Source: Massalongia carnosa
Lineage: Eukaryota
DNA: 64,000 nt
Assembly: GCA_965645245.1 (NCBI GenBank)
Contig: OZ287087.1
Span: 744,001 to 808,000 of the forward strand
Reading direction: 5' to 3'
This document shows, piece by piece, positions 48,147 to 61,748 of this stretch (its first letter is position 1; every line of letters begins with the position of its first letter). Under the pieces are notes generated by a model that was not told the DNA's origin, searched no databases, and was given only the letters and a program-made list of their open reading frames with translations. The translations under genes and the position numbers were made by a program.

Positions 48147-50113
48147 CGAAGGATGACGCCGAAAGTCCTTGCTAACGCTAAATATGCAGCTAAAAAAGCC
48201 ACTTTACATGGGTATATTTGTATTGATAGATATTTATTAAATATTAATCCTTCGAATAATCACATGAAGCTATTCAGAATTATTACCATAATCATCTTTA
48301 TCACTTACACTCGTCGCTGTCAGTGCTTTCTCGTTTGAGATAAGCGCGATGATATCGAACACGGCGATCTTCTTTATTATACGGTCGTACGACTCCGATC
48401 TCTCTACCTTCTCTATACTCGTTACCTCCGTCCAACAATATCACCTCGTCAACATGTCGCTTTATACGTTTAATCAAGGACTAAATTCTTTTCTGCGTCG
48501 ACTCCTCCGTCCAGCATTTTGTCTAGGCCTTTTCAGCCTCAAAACGAGTCCGCAGAGCACGTACTCGAGTGGTTCTTCGCTTCATCTAGAACCAGCAAGG
48601 CTCGATCATGTTCAGATCAGGAGAATTTCCAGGCCATAAAAGACGCATGACGTTGAAATCTATAAAGATCAGATTTTGATTTTTGGATGCGTGACTAATG
48701 GCCTTGTCTTCCTGTACGATAGTGTTTAGTCGATCTATCATACATTATTTTGCAAAGGGAAGAAGCTTTGGAATTAAGACGAGTTTTTCATAACGATACT
48801 AGTCTACTCCTCCCTTGCCATCTCGAACGACTCTACCGTGTATTTTATTCCATTTCCAGATAGGTTTTCGACCTCCTTGATTACGTAGCGTCATTCGTCT
48901 TATGCTTGTTTCTAACTCCCAATTCTCTTAGCTCCTGATTCTAAACTCTTATTGAGTTTATCTAACTCAATTTGAGCCTCTCTTTTCTCTTTTGCGGCCT
49001 CTGTTTTTCAGATTTGAAAAGGTCATTTCTTATCGTACGAAAAACAGCCCCAAAACAAAAACTCGGAGCATCCTTTCTATCTACGTTCGAATATACGTTT
49101 TACCATAAATTTTTTTCGAGGTACGCCACTGAAGTCTTCTTCCACGTCTAGAACCGAATAAAATACTTGTTTTGTCAGTCTATATAACGTTTTTCCAATT
49201 ATCAATAGTCCAGTGCTGATATTGCAAACAAATTAGCAGACGAGCCTCTTTTATGATCGAATCTAGACCTGGCTTTTTCGTGCTTTTACAGGGGCGAAAC
49301 CCATTCTGTTTAAGCGTACGAAGTATAGTAGTGGAGGAGAGTTCATGATCAAAGCCAATTATACCTGATGATTTTTCTCCGCAATTTCAATCTTACACTA
49401 CATTATTCAATATAGCTTGCTCTACCTCCAGTGTAACCTTTTTAGGTCGTCCTGAACGAGGTGCATCTTCTATATATTCTACTTTTAAAATACAAGATAT
49501 AGCTGGATCCTATCCACGCTGTCGTGCTTTGATTTTGAGAGCTGAAATCGATCTTGTGGAGACTCAAGTCACTGCTTGTACGGTTTTCGCAGCAATTCCA
49601 TGTTCTACAAGTGCTAAACCCCGTATTATTTGTGCAATCGTGAGACTATTGCTCTGTATATTGGGCATGATAATGATGATGATTAAAACTTTCTACTGAA
49701 TATCAGATGTAGTATTACAGTCTTTTGGACGACGGGAACAGAAGTAATTCGAGATTTTCTCGACTATTTTTGTTATGATCTACCTAGAGACAAGTCATAG
49801 GGACGCTAGAAACGAATACAATAAAGATGAAGAAGGAAAAAGACAACTGACAACCCGAACCTGCCTCTATATATCCACTATTGCGCTAGTACCCATGTGG
49901 TATTAGCGCGGTAGAATCTTCTAGTGACTGCAGGAACAAAAGTTCCTGCGCGTTCCATCTACGGATTGCCCTAGGCGGTGCCGAGTTTAACCGAGTACCG
50001 AGGTCGTGCCGAGTAGAATCGTGACAATTTTAGTACTATATTCCCCTTGTAAGCTAATAAATACTAATATACGTCTCATGTACGCTAGCAAGGACTTTCA
50101 GCGTTATCCTTCG
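48147..50113 (-). mobile_element. Heavily decayed Tc1-like transposon
   Basis: TA flanks; TIRs cgaaggat.acgc.gaaagtccttgcta; relic motifs DAPRSGRP, KKPGL, EFLFWGCFSY. Confidence 0.8.
49771..50026. mobile_element. Solo LTR (256 bp)
   Basis: tgttatgat...atcgtgaca termini, TSD atttt. Confidence 0.82.
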
Positions 50114-50641
50114 TACGTATCCCACATAGCCACATAGGCCAGTCTTACGTTTAACGAATGCATACTAGGCCTACCCTATTACAGCTATGCACTAGAAAAT
50201 ATCAAAGATACAGAAAAAAACTCGAAAAAGATGCCTTTTATAGGGATCGATATAGATAATCGCTTAGCCCAATCCAGCTGCTTATGTCTTTATCAATAAG
50301 TAAACAGTTTGATTAAACAGACTTTCTACCCTTTGTCCATTTCATTTATTTGTGTTTTCTTTAGAAGGCCAATCCGATGCGTCTCTTGTGGTTATTTCTG
50401 ACCTTCATTAATTGCTCCTATATTTGCTTGATGATAATCGGCCGTCTACGGTTTCCGTAGAGGGAAATAAGATTTAGCGTCTCGAAACTTTTGATTTCTA
50501 TAATCGTTCCATTCACCGTAAAAAGGATTGAGTAACGGAAGCGATTAATGCGCAGACAGATGCCGTACTTTTCTTTGATTGACCTTGAATAAATGTGGTT
50601 AAATCGTGACAGACGTGATAAAGTGTTTGATAAATAAACAA

Positions 50642-51433
50642 TATATTTATCAGTAACACTTTTTTTCGATCCGCATCACCTCCTTATATTTCATTCTCGC
50701 CTCTACTGGTGTCAGAGTCTTTTTCATTAGTCTATCAAAGTCCTTCATCACATTATCGTCGAAATCAACACCTCGGCGAAAGAACAACTCTTCGCGTATG
50801 TCGGCAGAAAGAACTTGCATGAATTACTGAATTCGTGTGTAAGTGTCTAGCTTCTCTTGACTAATTAGGGCTTTGGATATGGCACCAAACTTCCGACAGA
50901 AGTTCCGCACATCATCGTCGCTAGTGCGTACTTTGTCCTTATATGACTCCAGAAACGGTCGAGAATTCACCTGCTGAATGCTATCGCCAGCCTTGTACTC
51001 TTTCTTCATCACCTTGCTCAGCTATGGCTATCTTCTCTCCACAAAGTCCGGAAGCGACCCAATGGTCTGGCCAATTAGCATTTCACAATAGCGGGGCAAC
51101 CTACAAATTTTCTCATTGTTTCCGACATGATAATCCTCACACATATCCTCGTACCGACTCAGGAACTCCGATATATTTTTACCTTGAAAGAATGGAGTGC
51201 CAGGAGTGCCTGGTTGAGGTATGGTCATCACAAATCCAAAGTATCCAGTGGACATAGCTGGGCTATTTTCAAAGGACTAGAGGCTTGTCGACGATGGTGT
51301 AGCCATAGTGCTCTCTGTCTCGTTGCTAGGTTGAACTTCGGTTGTAGGTATGATAGTCGATGGAATATCTCGGCTCGCAGGTGGAATAGAACTATCAATT
51401 CGCGTGTGTACCTCATTAGTACTTCGAACGCTA
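50642..51433 (-). pseudogene. Gypsy gag fragment, second copy
   Basis: High nucleotide similarity to 20509-21299. Confidence 0.9.
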
Positions 51434-51434
51434 G

Positions 51435-51702
51435 TTAGCACGGTTTTCGAGAACATCAAATCATGAAAAACGCGAACAACGACCACCTTTCACGGCTCAC
51501 AGCGGGCATAAAAGAAATGTAGTTTTCGCGATACGAACTGATATCAACAGGATCAGTTGATCTTTGAAGCTTGACGAAGTGAAACGGTCCGGTACGGTCG
51601 AGGCAAGCGAGGAGTTTTTGGTCCTGTCCGCACGACGTCCTCTCCACAATAAAAGTAAATTCAGTTCAATATAGACGAGTACGTGCCATCTCAGAACTGA
51701 GA
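51435..51702. repeat. ~270-bp direct repeat R1 at the Helitron 3' side
   Basis: Aligns at roughly 90% by eye with 59652-59700 joined to 61336-61555. Confidence 0.9.
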
Positions 51703-51808
51703 TTTTCGAACCTATTTCAAGTTTTTACGATCGATACAATTCGTAAAAGTTTGTAATATTAAAACCACGAATGCAATACAAAATTATCTATTTACTTAGC
51801 GAAAAATG

Positions 51809-52203
51809 ACGTACCAGCTTGCTGGGGGCTAGTGAAGTTGTCACCGTGACGGACGGCACCAGGCGTGTAAGCGGGATAGGGCCGGACGCTAGCAGGGAGG
51901 TGAAAATCTCTTCACCTCCTCCATCCCCCATCTCTTCTCTCTTTCCTCATCAACACTCATCAAAAATCGTGTTTCGCTGTTTCTCCCACCCGCCCTCTTT
52001 TACACAGTCTGTCGCTTAGAAAGATGGAGTATGTCTTGACCCCAGGGTTCGCATCTACAGCGTTCATGGACCCCGTAGCCTACCCGTTGCGGCTCCGTAC
52101 CCGGCGCGGACGGCGCACGAACGGTGTCATGCACCGCCCAAGGGTCAGGACTTTGCCTAAAAACTAGAATAGCAATAAACACAAGGTGGCTGCCTTTCAC
52201 TAG
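51809..52203 (+). mobile_element. Non-autonomous miniature relative of the YR retrotransposon
   Basis: 51809-51983 matches the 5' end and 52026-52203 the 3' end of 23132-27934; no coding region; no TSD. Confidence 0.9.
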
Positions 52204-53835
52204 TCAATAAATTTTTGATATCCGCAAAATAAAGTTGCTGTTTATTTTGCAATTGAATACAATTTCTAAGTGACATGATACGTACATCATTATAAACTTA
52301 CAGCAGGATTCGGAGGAATATGAGTTATTATGTCGTGTTGCGATCGCAGAATTACTTCGGGATATACAATGTTATCCGTTTTTCCGTCATTTCGTTCCGG
52401 AAACAACACACAAAATCGAGACACATCCGTAACTCGAGATGATGCCACATATAACTGACCATGAGTAAAAGGAGGAGCTAGCAAATCGACTCCTACCGTG
52501 TCTAATGATTGACCTTGCGACTTTTTGACAGTGATAGCAAAGCACAATCATATTGGAAATTATTTGCGACTTATGATCTAGGGAAACTCGCCTTCCGTGG
52601 TATTAAGAAAAATCCGGGGAATCAATCATGTTTCACCGTTGAATTCTCCTCCCAAAATCTTTCCCTCTAGACAGGTCCGCGAAATATGAGTAAGACGTAA
52701 TCGGTTGCCGTTACAGGGACCAAGTTTGAGATATAAATTCCGCAACAAAATAATCGGAGCTCCAAGTTTCAGTTGCGATTGTGAAGGAGGTAAATACGAT
52801 TTTTATAAGGTTATAAAAACTCGGGAGGAAGAAAGGCTCCTCGTTCCTGCGCCGTATCGTTCTCTATTTGATCAACGGAATTCAAGGTATGCGAATCACC
52901 CTGCAATTTCATCAGTATTTCACCGTTTAACTCCGCGACGACATCATTTCGCAAGGTCAAAATTGCTCGAATTGCGAAAAAATCCGCATCCAGATGAGCT
53001 TGCCGCATGCGATCTGAAGGAAAAACGGTGTCCACGAAACTGTCTAAGTTGTTCAATTGATTGACTTGTTCCGGTAGCTGAACACGACCGTAAATAGCAG
53101 GATCATAAGACATTTTCCCGATCCAGTCCGCAAACGCTTCATTGGCGACTCAGTTACGAATTCGCGTGTATTGACGCAAAAACAGTTTTTGAAATCGCGG
53201 CCACAGAAAGGTATTTTGAATATTTGCCGCAACGATGGCTTCCCGCTTTCCGTGGGAACAACGGGCAAAATTTGAGCGAAATTTCCGCCTAACTCTATCG
53301 GAATATCTCCAAAAAGATCGTCATTGTCTAAAAGGTCCGTAAAAGTGCAATGTACGGCTATGAAACATTATTTGTGTTGCATCGGCACCTCATCTCAAAT
53401 GATTAATAATGTGCGTTGCAAAAGAACGTGTAAATGCGTGTTGCGGGTAATATTACACATGCTGTCATATAAATTCAAAGGAATTTTAAAACGGGGATGC
53501 AAAGTCTGTCCGCCAGGAAGAAGTAAACCCGCAATGCCGGAAGACGCAACGCAAAGAACGATTTTATTCTCCGCCCGAAAATGATTGCAAAGAGTCTTAT
53601 ATAAAAAAGTCAAACCTGTTCCTACAGGTCCGTGAACAAAAAAATGCGCAGTTCTCGGATGATCTCTAACTCCCGCAACAATGGTATCAAAACCGTGTTT
53701 CTGATCCGCATTCAGTTGAGTATATCTTTCATTTCTTAACGTCGTTTCTTCATTGAAATCGTAAGTCATTTCACCCGCAATTAAAGGATTTCTAGTACTC
53801 CGACCCCAATCGTGTATAAATAAAGGTATATTAAA

Positions 53836-56534
53836 GGGTTCGGATACGGGGACACCGGGTAGGATGCATGTACACCGGGCACTTGATGCATGTATACCGG
53901 GCACTTGATACATATACACCCTCTTCCCAAAATGTAAAAGGGCCGGCACATTTCGCACCACTTTACCTTTCTTGGTTAGCAGATGAAAAATCAGATGAGA
54001 TCTTGAAATTTTCAATTGATGCATCATCTTTCTCAATCATTCTCAAAATATGCCTCTGGCTCCTCCTCACGATGACCAGGGTTTTTCCACCTTGGAAGAA
54101 CTCATTCTCAGCGTCAATACTCACGCCGGCTCAGAAGGATACGCGGTGGTCACAGCTAGATCAAAGAAATCAGATCTTGGCATCAAGAGAAAAGTCTGGT
54201 TGCGCTGCGACAGGGGAGGTAGCAATCGAATACTTCGAGGCAGAGATAGACGTCATACCAATACTCGAATCAGCGATTGTCAGTTCAAGGTCACGGCGGT
54301 GCGAACAGAGTGGATGGAACCTGGTTATTGGAAGTAATCAACCCATTCCATAATCATGAAGCTACAATTGCTGGATCGCATCCAACGTTACGCAAAATGG
54401 CTATGACTGAAGAGATTAAGAACGACATCTCTAGACAATTGACTGTGCAAACAGCTCCTTGTAAGATTCTCTCCACCCTTCGTATTGACACCGATAACAA
54501 CAATCCGTTATTCAAGCCTCGAGATATCTACAACATCAAGGCATAGCTGAGACGAGATACTCTAGGTCCTTTAACCCCGGTTCAGGCATTGATGCAGGAA
54601 CTTGATCAAAACGACTGGACGTACAACTATCAAAAGACATTCGCAAACAGATTACCCACTTATTCTTCGTGAGAGGAACATCCCAAACTCTACTGAAGGT
54701 CAATCATGAAGTTCTGGTCATGGATTGCACCTAGAAAACCAACAGATATAAATTTCCGTTGCTGATCATCAGCGGGCAAACGGCCCTACATACTAATTTC
54801 AATGTCGCGTTTTGCTTCATGGCAAAGGAGAAGCAGGTAGATTATGAGTGGACATTGGGACAATTGAAGTCGTTGTATGCGCAGTTGCAACTTCCAGATC
54901 CGGTGGTTGTTGTGACCGACATGGAGCGTGGGTTGATGAATGCCGTGCGATTGATCTTTCCCAATACGAATCATCTGCTCTGTTTTTGGCATAAACAAGA
55001 ATGTGACAGCAAATTGCAAGAAGGACTTCAATACCAAAGAAGAATTGGATGACTTCATATCCGCCTAGACTTCTGTTGTATACGCCACTTCCAGAGTTGA
55101 TTACGAGCCGGCGTGGCAGGGAATGAATGACACCTACTATCTAACGCAAGGAGAATGTTTGGATTATCTGCGAGAAACGTACATCATGTCCTTTCATCGT
55201 CGCTTCGTGAAATTTCAAACCGATCAGGTGTTACATTTCGGAACCACAACTACTTCTAGAGGTGAGGGGGGGCACGCAGCTCTTTAACGTCATCTCGGAG
55301 TATCAACAGGTAATGAGTACAACCCTAAGAAACAATCAATACTGACTGAGCTGTAGGAGATTTGAAAACAGTTGTAGATGGCATCAACCTACTTCTAATC
55401 AACGAGCGACAAAATTACATGATAGCCTTTGACGAAGCGAAGATGCGATACCCTATGAATCTTCGAAAACCAGTTTTCAATCGCATCGCGGCGTTCGTAA
55501 CCCCATACGCATTGAGAAAAATGGATGATCAATACAGACTGTTGACGGACCAAGCAACGGCAGTCAATCGTTGCACTGGAAGCTTTACAACTACTACCGG
55601 ATTACCATGCAGTTACAAAATGCAGGAACGTTTATTCGGACCTGAGGGATTTCTGATTTTGGAAGATGTCCATCCTCATTGGAGGTTTGAAAGATCTTCC
55701 TTACCTGATCCAATCAATGATCCAGCTCTCGATCCGCTACTTCAGGTGGAAGAACCAGCAGTTGTCCAACCTCGAGGACGTCCTACAGGGGCGGAGAATC
55801 GTAGACAAGCATTGGACAACTCCACCTATTGGAATCCATCTCAATTCGAAATCGTTGAAGGTGAAATAGCAGAGCAACATGGGAATGAACTGCCAGCGGA
55901 TATCGAACGAGTTCTGGCAAGAGCCGAGGTTACACCAGCGGGACGCGGGCGCGGGCGCGGGCGCGAGCGACGACGAAATGAAGGTGAGGTGGCAGGCACT
56001 CGTGCCTCATCCAGGCCTGCGACTCAAGCAGCAACTAGGGCGGGCAGGGCGGGCAGGGCGGGCAGGGCGGGCAGGGCGGGCAGGGCGGGCAGGGCGGGCA
56101 GGGCGGGCAGGGCGGGCAGGGCGGGCAGGGCGGGCAGGGCGGGCAGGGCGGGCAGGGCGGACAGGGCGGACAAGGCGGACAAGGCGAAAAAGGTCGGCGA
56201 GGCGGGCAGGGGGGGCAGGGGGGGCAGGGGGGGCAGGGGGGGCAGGGGAAGAAGGGGTAGGACTGATGAGGCAATTGCGACCGAGTAGCTAGAAGATGTC
56301 ATCTTATCAATCTTGATGAGATGCAACAGATCAATACTGAAAACTTCATTGCCGCATAGTTTTCAAATCACCATCTGATTTTTCATCTGCTGACCAAGAA
56401 AGGTAAAGTGGTGCGAAATGTGCCGGCCCTTTACCTTTTTGGGAAGAGGGTGTATATGTATCAAGTGCCCCGGTGTATATGCATCAAGTGCCCGGTGTAC
56501 ATGCATCCTACCCGGTGTCCCCGTATCCGAACCC
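53836..56534 (+). mobile_element. Mutator-like element in the Helitron
   Basis: ~160-bp TIRs gggttcggatacggggacaccggg; 8-bp TSD atattaaa; degenerate transposase 54050-56288 (CDRGG, HNHE, MDCT, VTDME). Confidence 0.92.
56037..56250 (+). repeat. GC-rich 9-bp tandem repeat (agggcgggc)n
   Basis: About 13 perfect units plus variants, encoding RAG/RGG repeats in the transposase tail. Confidence 0.95.
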
Positions 56535-59500
56535 ATATTAAAATCCTGCAGGAATTTCCCCAAATCCGAAAGAACTTCGTTTAATAAATACAGTCCGTAA
56601 CCAAATGCGGAGTCGTTAAATCGTCAGGGATATCAATCATAAACCGTAATCGATGCGGCAAATCGTCATATATATCGTTTGCGTATCGAACCCACGTTGT
56701 CGAGGTTGCCAACATTTTTTCTTGGGTTCCCAAACGAAATGATTCGGAAAATCTTGATACAACAACTCGCGACCGTCGTCATAAAGTCTGTTATACTCGA
56801 AAAATGCCATTAATTTTGAAACGGATCTGTTCAACGTGTTATGCAGATCAATAAGATCCGCATCCGCATTGAAATATACGGACTGTTGGTCCGGCAAGTG
56901 AATAGGGAGATGATAAACTACAGGAAATTCCTCGTGTGTAGGGTATTCCCATAATTGCCATGCGGCTTGAGTAGGACCGATATAACGACCGTTTAAATGT
57001 CTTGCGATTTCGTCGTCAAATCCGTCAATCTGTACAGTAGCTCGATCCGCGCCTTTGTAAATGTATTTGTGAATTTATTTGACGGCCTTAACGGTCGCGC
57101 ATACTTCTACATTGATATGAGCTTCGTACCTGCGAGAAAGATACGGATTATATAGAACAATCCAACGATTGTCGTAAAGAAAAACACGACCACCTCCTAA
57201 CGGAATTTCCCAGGTACGACCGTCATTACGGCGACGATATATCGGATATCCATTTTCTTCCACAACGGTTGTTTCCTGAAACGGGCGAGGATAACGCTTG
57301 GAACAGGTAGGAGATCCGGAATCACTTTGCATAAAGGGCGCGGTAGGCATTGCAGCTCCGCAAGGACTGTGAGTCATTTGTTTAATGATGATTTCCTTTA
57401 AACTTCCGTCCGTATCAAGAGCCGGATCTGGCAATTCAGCGGAGATTATTAGATAAATGCGATCCGCGTCCATAAAACGATCGTCCGGATGCAAGAACAA
57501 CAGCAGATGCATGTGCGGCAATCCTGATTTTTGATATTCGATAGTCCAAACGCATCCACGAAAACGGCCGAATATGTTACTCTTTTTCAATTCTTGCAAC
57601 AAACTACTCTGCCGTAAACGAAAAGCGCGGGCCACGATATCAGGACGATCCGTTGCGGTTTGTCCGGGATAGTCTTTCAAGGCTTCTTTGATTTCCGACC
57701 AGTTGGGATTTGCGGTAAAAGTGATAAGTAAATCCGGCCGTCCGAAATGACGAACCAAGGCCATGCTGTCCTGAAATAATTGTTGCATAAACCGATCACC
57801 ACCTGTATATATGGAAGGCAGAATAAACCGCTTTCCTAAAGTTGCCGCAGAATTAACTTCATCCCGTCGCAAGCTGTCCGCAAGTCCGCTATATAATTCC
57901 GCTCTAATAACTGTTTGATTTTCTCGTAACTATTGCAGTTTGTTAAGATCGCAACTGGCCCACGCGTCAACCAAACACTGCTGAAACAATCGCTGACAAT
58001 GATGCATGGTAGAAAATTCATTTCGACGGGTGTGTAAACGAAACCTGTAATACACCCGTTGACATAAACGACCTCGTTCCCTCTGTCTTCCATTAGATCG
58101 AATCCGCAAATTCCAATGCCAGCCACGTTCGCCATGCGGGAATAGAAGAACATAATGAAAAGGCATATAGGCCGCATGATTTTGATCAATTCGTTTCAGA
58201 GATGTCCCCGTAACTCCCGCAACACGTTCCGTCAAGACAATATCACGCTTGCAAGGCTCGCCGTATTCATCGGGAATAATTCCAGCAATTTCATCGCTGG
58301 TGGGAATGTTACTGCGTCATCGATCCACACGCGCTTACATGATCAATCGCATTTGCGGATTGAGAATAATTCGCAAGTCATCGGTGGTGGCCGCATTTTC
58401 TCGCAAGGCCTCGCTGGCGGTCTTATAGAGTCCGATAAAGGAGTTCAAATCCTGTAACATTTCTGTCAATCGTCGCACAATATCCGGATCCAATTCTGCG
58501 TATTGTCGAGTACGAATGCGGTTGCTTCGGCGGGATCGTAAAAAAATAATAAAGCAAAGCGAGGAGAATCATCAACGGGGTCAAGAGGACCTTGCAAATA
58601 ATATAATTCTCCGTGAATTTGAAAACATATCGGACTGCGTCGATTGTGGGGAAGTCGACGATTAGGCTTATAATTTACGGAGGTAAAAGTCAACGCGGAG
58701 TTGTATTTCCGTAGGCTTTTGCGAAAGGCACGACTTCTAGAATCTTCTCCGATTAACAGTTGTCGCAAAAAATCCGGAGGAGGCTGAAACGGTGATAATA
58801 CAACATTACCTCGCTTGCAACAGGACTCCTATTCTCGCTCGCGTCTTCTGTAACCACGCGGAGCTTCGTCTTTCCAATGCCAGGCACCGCAATGTCTACA
58901 ATGATGATTCATGTGTTGAATCTGTCGCATAGCGGACCTTAAAGTATACTGACTTTTAAATGCCGCAGGTAAGTCACGATTGGCAACAACACGCTCACGA
59001 CGGATTTGACGATTTATATTTCACGACTCCAGACGATTAACAGATGAAGAAACGGATCTAAGACTCGCATTGTGAAGGAGATACATGTCTGGAAAACGAT
59101 CTTACGGAATCATTATTACGATTACGAATGTTCTCGTTCTCTTCTGCTTTATTGAGTAGCATTTCTTCCAAAATATTTAGATTGGCCTGTTCGGAACGAC
59201 CTCGAGACAATGAACTCGGTGACAAAAAAGCGGACGATACGGGAGAAGAACTCGCAGCAGAATCATGAAGCGAAAGTTGCGAAGACGCAGAAGATACAAC
59301 AGGATTTTTGGGAGGCGCAGGCGGACGCAAATAAAGACGAATGGGAGGTTTTAGAGGCCGTAAAATCAGACGGACGCGTTTCGCAGGTGGATTTTCTGGT
59401 TCAATCAAATTACTAAGCGGACTGCTAGGAGAACCCGATTGTCGTATAGGAATGGGAAGTCGAGAAGTGATCTCTAGTCGTGGAGAAGAAACTGATTGGT

Positions 59501-59700
59501 AAAGATATGACTGTAATAAGTGTAGATAATACATGAAGTCGTAAGAGGAAAACAGACACGAAACGAAATATCACGTCTCGAAAGCTAAGCTTAATGAAGA
59601 CTCGAGTTAAACCGAATCAAGGTTGTTTTCAGATTCGTTGAACGGACGGATTTAGCGCGGTTTTCGGGAACATCAAAACATGAAATACGCTATTAACGAC

Positions 59701-61335
59701 CGGGTGACAAAAAAATTTTTACTCACAAATTTTGACGCCACCAAACCATCGAATTTTGACCCCTATTTGCATCGTGGCACCACACTATTATTATTGCTAC
59801 TCCTACTACTATCAATAACCTCTAATCGCACCGTCACCGTATATCACCGCTTGTAGCCGTTTCGGCATCTCAGCCACCTTGCTATTAATGAAATTTTGCG
59901 AAACATTAGACCACCCCTCATGAATCAGTCCTACCGTGGTGGCCTCATCATAATGAGGGAATTTGCGAATATACTGCTTGGGTTGCTGACAGCAATTTTC
60001 AATAAGTGAGAGATCAGGAGACGAAGCACAGTTGAAATAGCTTTTCAACCTATTTTCTTCCTTCCATTTGCGTACGATATTGTTTTTACTAGTACCGTGC
60101 CCTGAATCACAATCATCTTCAGACAGAAATCATCACCTCTGTCAAGCCACGGCTTGACGACGGGCTTCAAAACCTGATCAATATAGACCCTTTGACTCGT
60201 CTTTCCATTAGAGTTGCCCGGAACGTCCTACAAATGAATGTCTGACTTGAAATTGTGGCCCACAGCAGCCCAAGCATGCTTTTTTTTCAAGTCTTTTTCA
60301 GTTGATTCGTCCGTTTCTTGAAGACAATCTTGACAGTATCGTTAACCCGGCTTGCGAATGATGCGAATTTTCCCTTGATGCCCATAGCTATAATGCACCT
60401 CATCGCTGAATCGTAAAGAAAACCAGTCTTCATCATCAGGATATCTTTCTTTCATGACGATAGCCCATTCAAAACGACGTTTAGCCGTCGATTCGCTGAC
60501 CCAGCCCTTTCTACATGCAATGCATTTCTGATAATTTATCGTACCTTGTTAACCGATTAGACCACACTAATTGGTAGGTGGCCTGCCAATATCACCACTA
60601 ATAGAAGTGTTACTCGGTTAGCAAGTGTTGCACTTAGTGAATAGCTGGCTACCGAATACACACAAAATGTAATGGGATAAGATAAAATAGATATTTAGCT
60701 AGAGATGATTTCTATCATCAATAAGCATCCTAAATAAACCAGATTAATTTATCAAATCCAAAACGGGTCTCTTTTAGAACGTAAACCTACCTAACAGATA
60801 AGCTGGAAAGCTTACGCATATCTAAGCGATAACCAGCTTGATATACCTATAACTCTCTGAATTATACGACTACTGCACTCCAGTCCTACCTCGTAGCCCC
60901 ATTGAACCTACGTTAATCCGAGAGCCTCCATGCCTTCTGTCTCTAAAATACGCTCCATCTCTCGTATGTGTCTCGGGGTCACAATTGAATAACGTCCACG
61001 TGTTTCAGGAACGTCGGCATTGTGTCTAGTACGACTGAAATTTTCTCTTGTCAACATTTTCCAGCCAGTTTGTTTTGAAGTGCCGAAAACACGAAAAACA
61101 TCTTCTTTGAGATAAGGAATCTTCATCGCATCGCAAAACTCCACTGCACCCTGAATTTTGGCCCGTGTAGGGGTAGGATAATGGGTCTAACCCTTATGCG
61201 ACTCTAAAACAGGTGTGGTAGCTTTATTTATGGCTAAATGATGTTGTATAAAATGTGGTAATTGAAAAGGGGTTAAAATTTGATAGTTTGGTGGGGTCAG
61301 AATTTGTGAGTAAAATTTTTTTGGTCACCCGCGTG
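59701..61335 (-). mobile_element. Tc1-like transposon of the CACGCG family, decayed
   Basis: TIR cacgcgggtgac.aaaaaa; left TIR lacks its first ~4-5 bp; transposase relic homologous to 155-2853 (YFNCASSPDLSLIENC). Confidence 0.88.
60547..60843. mobile_element. Solo LTR (297 bp)
   Basis: TSD tacct; tgttaa...ttgata termini (CA>TA). Confidence 0.82.
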
Positions 61336-61748
61336 CCACTTTTCACGGCCCACAACGGGCGTAAAAGAAACGTAGTTTTCGCGATACGAACTGATATCAA
61401 CAGGATCAGTTGATCTCCGAAGTTTGACGAAGTGCAAAGGTCTGGTACGGTCGAGGCAAGCGAGGAGTTTTTGGTCCTGTCCGCACGACGTCCTCTCCGC
61501 ATTAAACGTAAATTCAGTTCAATATAGACGAGACTGTGCCATCTCAGACCTGAGATTAATTTGCTACTACTTTTCATTTGCTTACTATTTGGCTTGCTAT
61601 TTTTTCATGCGAATCTTAAAATATCTCGGATTTCTGCTCCGGAACTGCTCTGCTTCGCTTTGTACCGGCCCTGCGCCATCTCCTTGCCATCCGTCAAGGC
61701 ATCTGTCAAAGTATCATTCAAATAGTCTCCCAGATAGCCTCCTCTGAT

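Larger units (their letters stand above)
52290..59000 (-). pseudogene. Helitron Rep-helicase
   Basis: PDLLITFTANPNW, EYQKSGLPHMH (HUH), KYIYKG, GPVGTG, KSQGQSL...HGQLYVA; stops, frameshifts, MULE insertion and apparent internal deletion. Confidence 0.92.
51435..61555 (-). mobile_element. Helitron with nested insertions
   Basis: Rep and PIF1 helicase motifs; putative 5' A|TC with hairpin at 61555; 3' boundary uncertain (51435 or about 51703). Confidence 0.8.
59652..61555. repeat. Direct repeat R2, split by a Tc1-like element
   Basis: 59652-59700 plus 61336-61555 reconstitute a copy of R1. Confidence 0.88.

Noticed and set aside
52199..52204. Canonical Helitron 3' end CTAG|T
   Set aside because: This CTAG is the conserved terminus of the YR mini-element, and no GC hairpin precedes it.
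56024..56326. Pro/Cys-rich or collagen-like ORFs
   Set aside because: Alternative-frame translations of the 9-bp repeat.
59058..59534. Separate Ser/Pro-rich gene
   Set aside because: Low complexity and directly upstream of Rep on the same strand; more likely the disrupted RepHel N-terminus.
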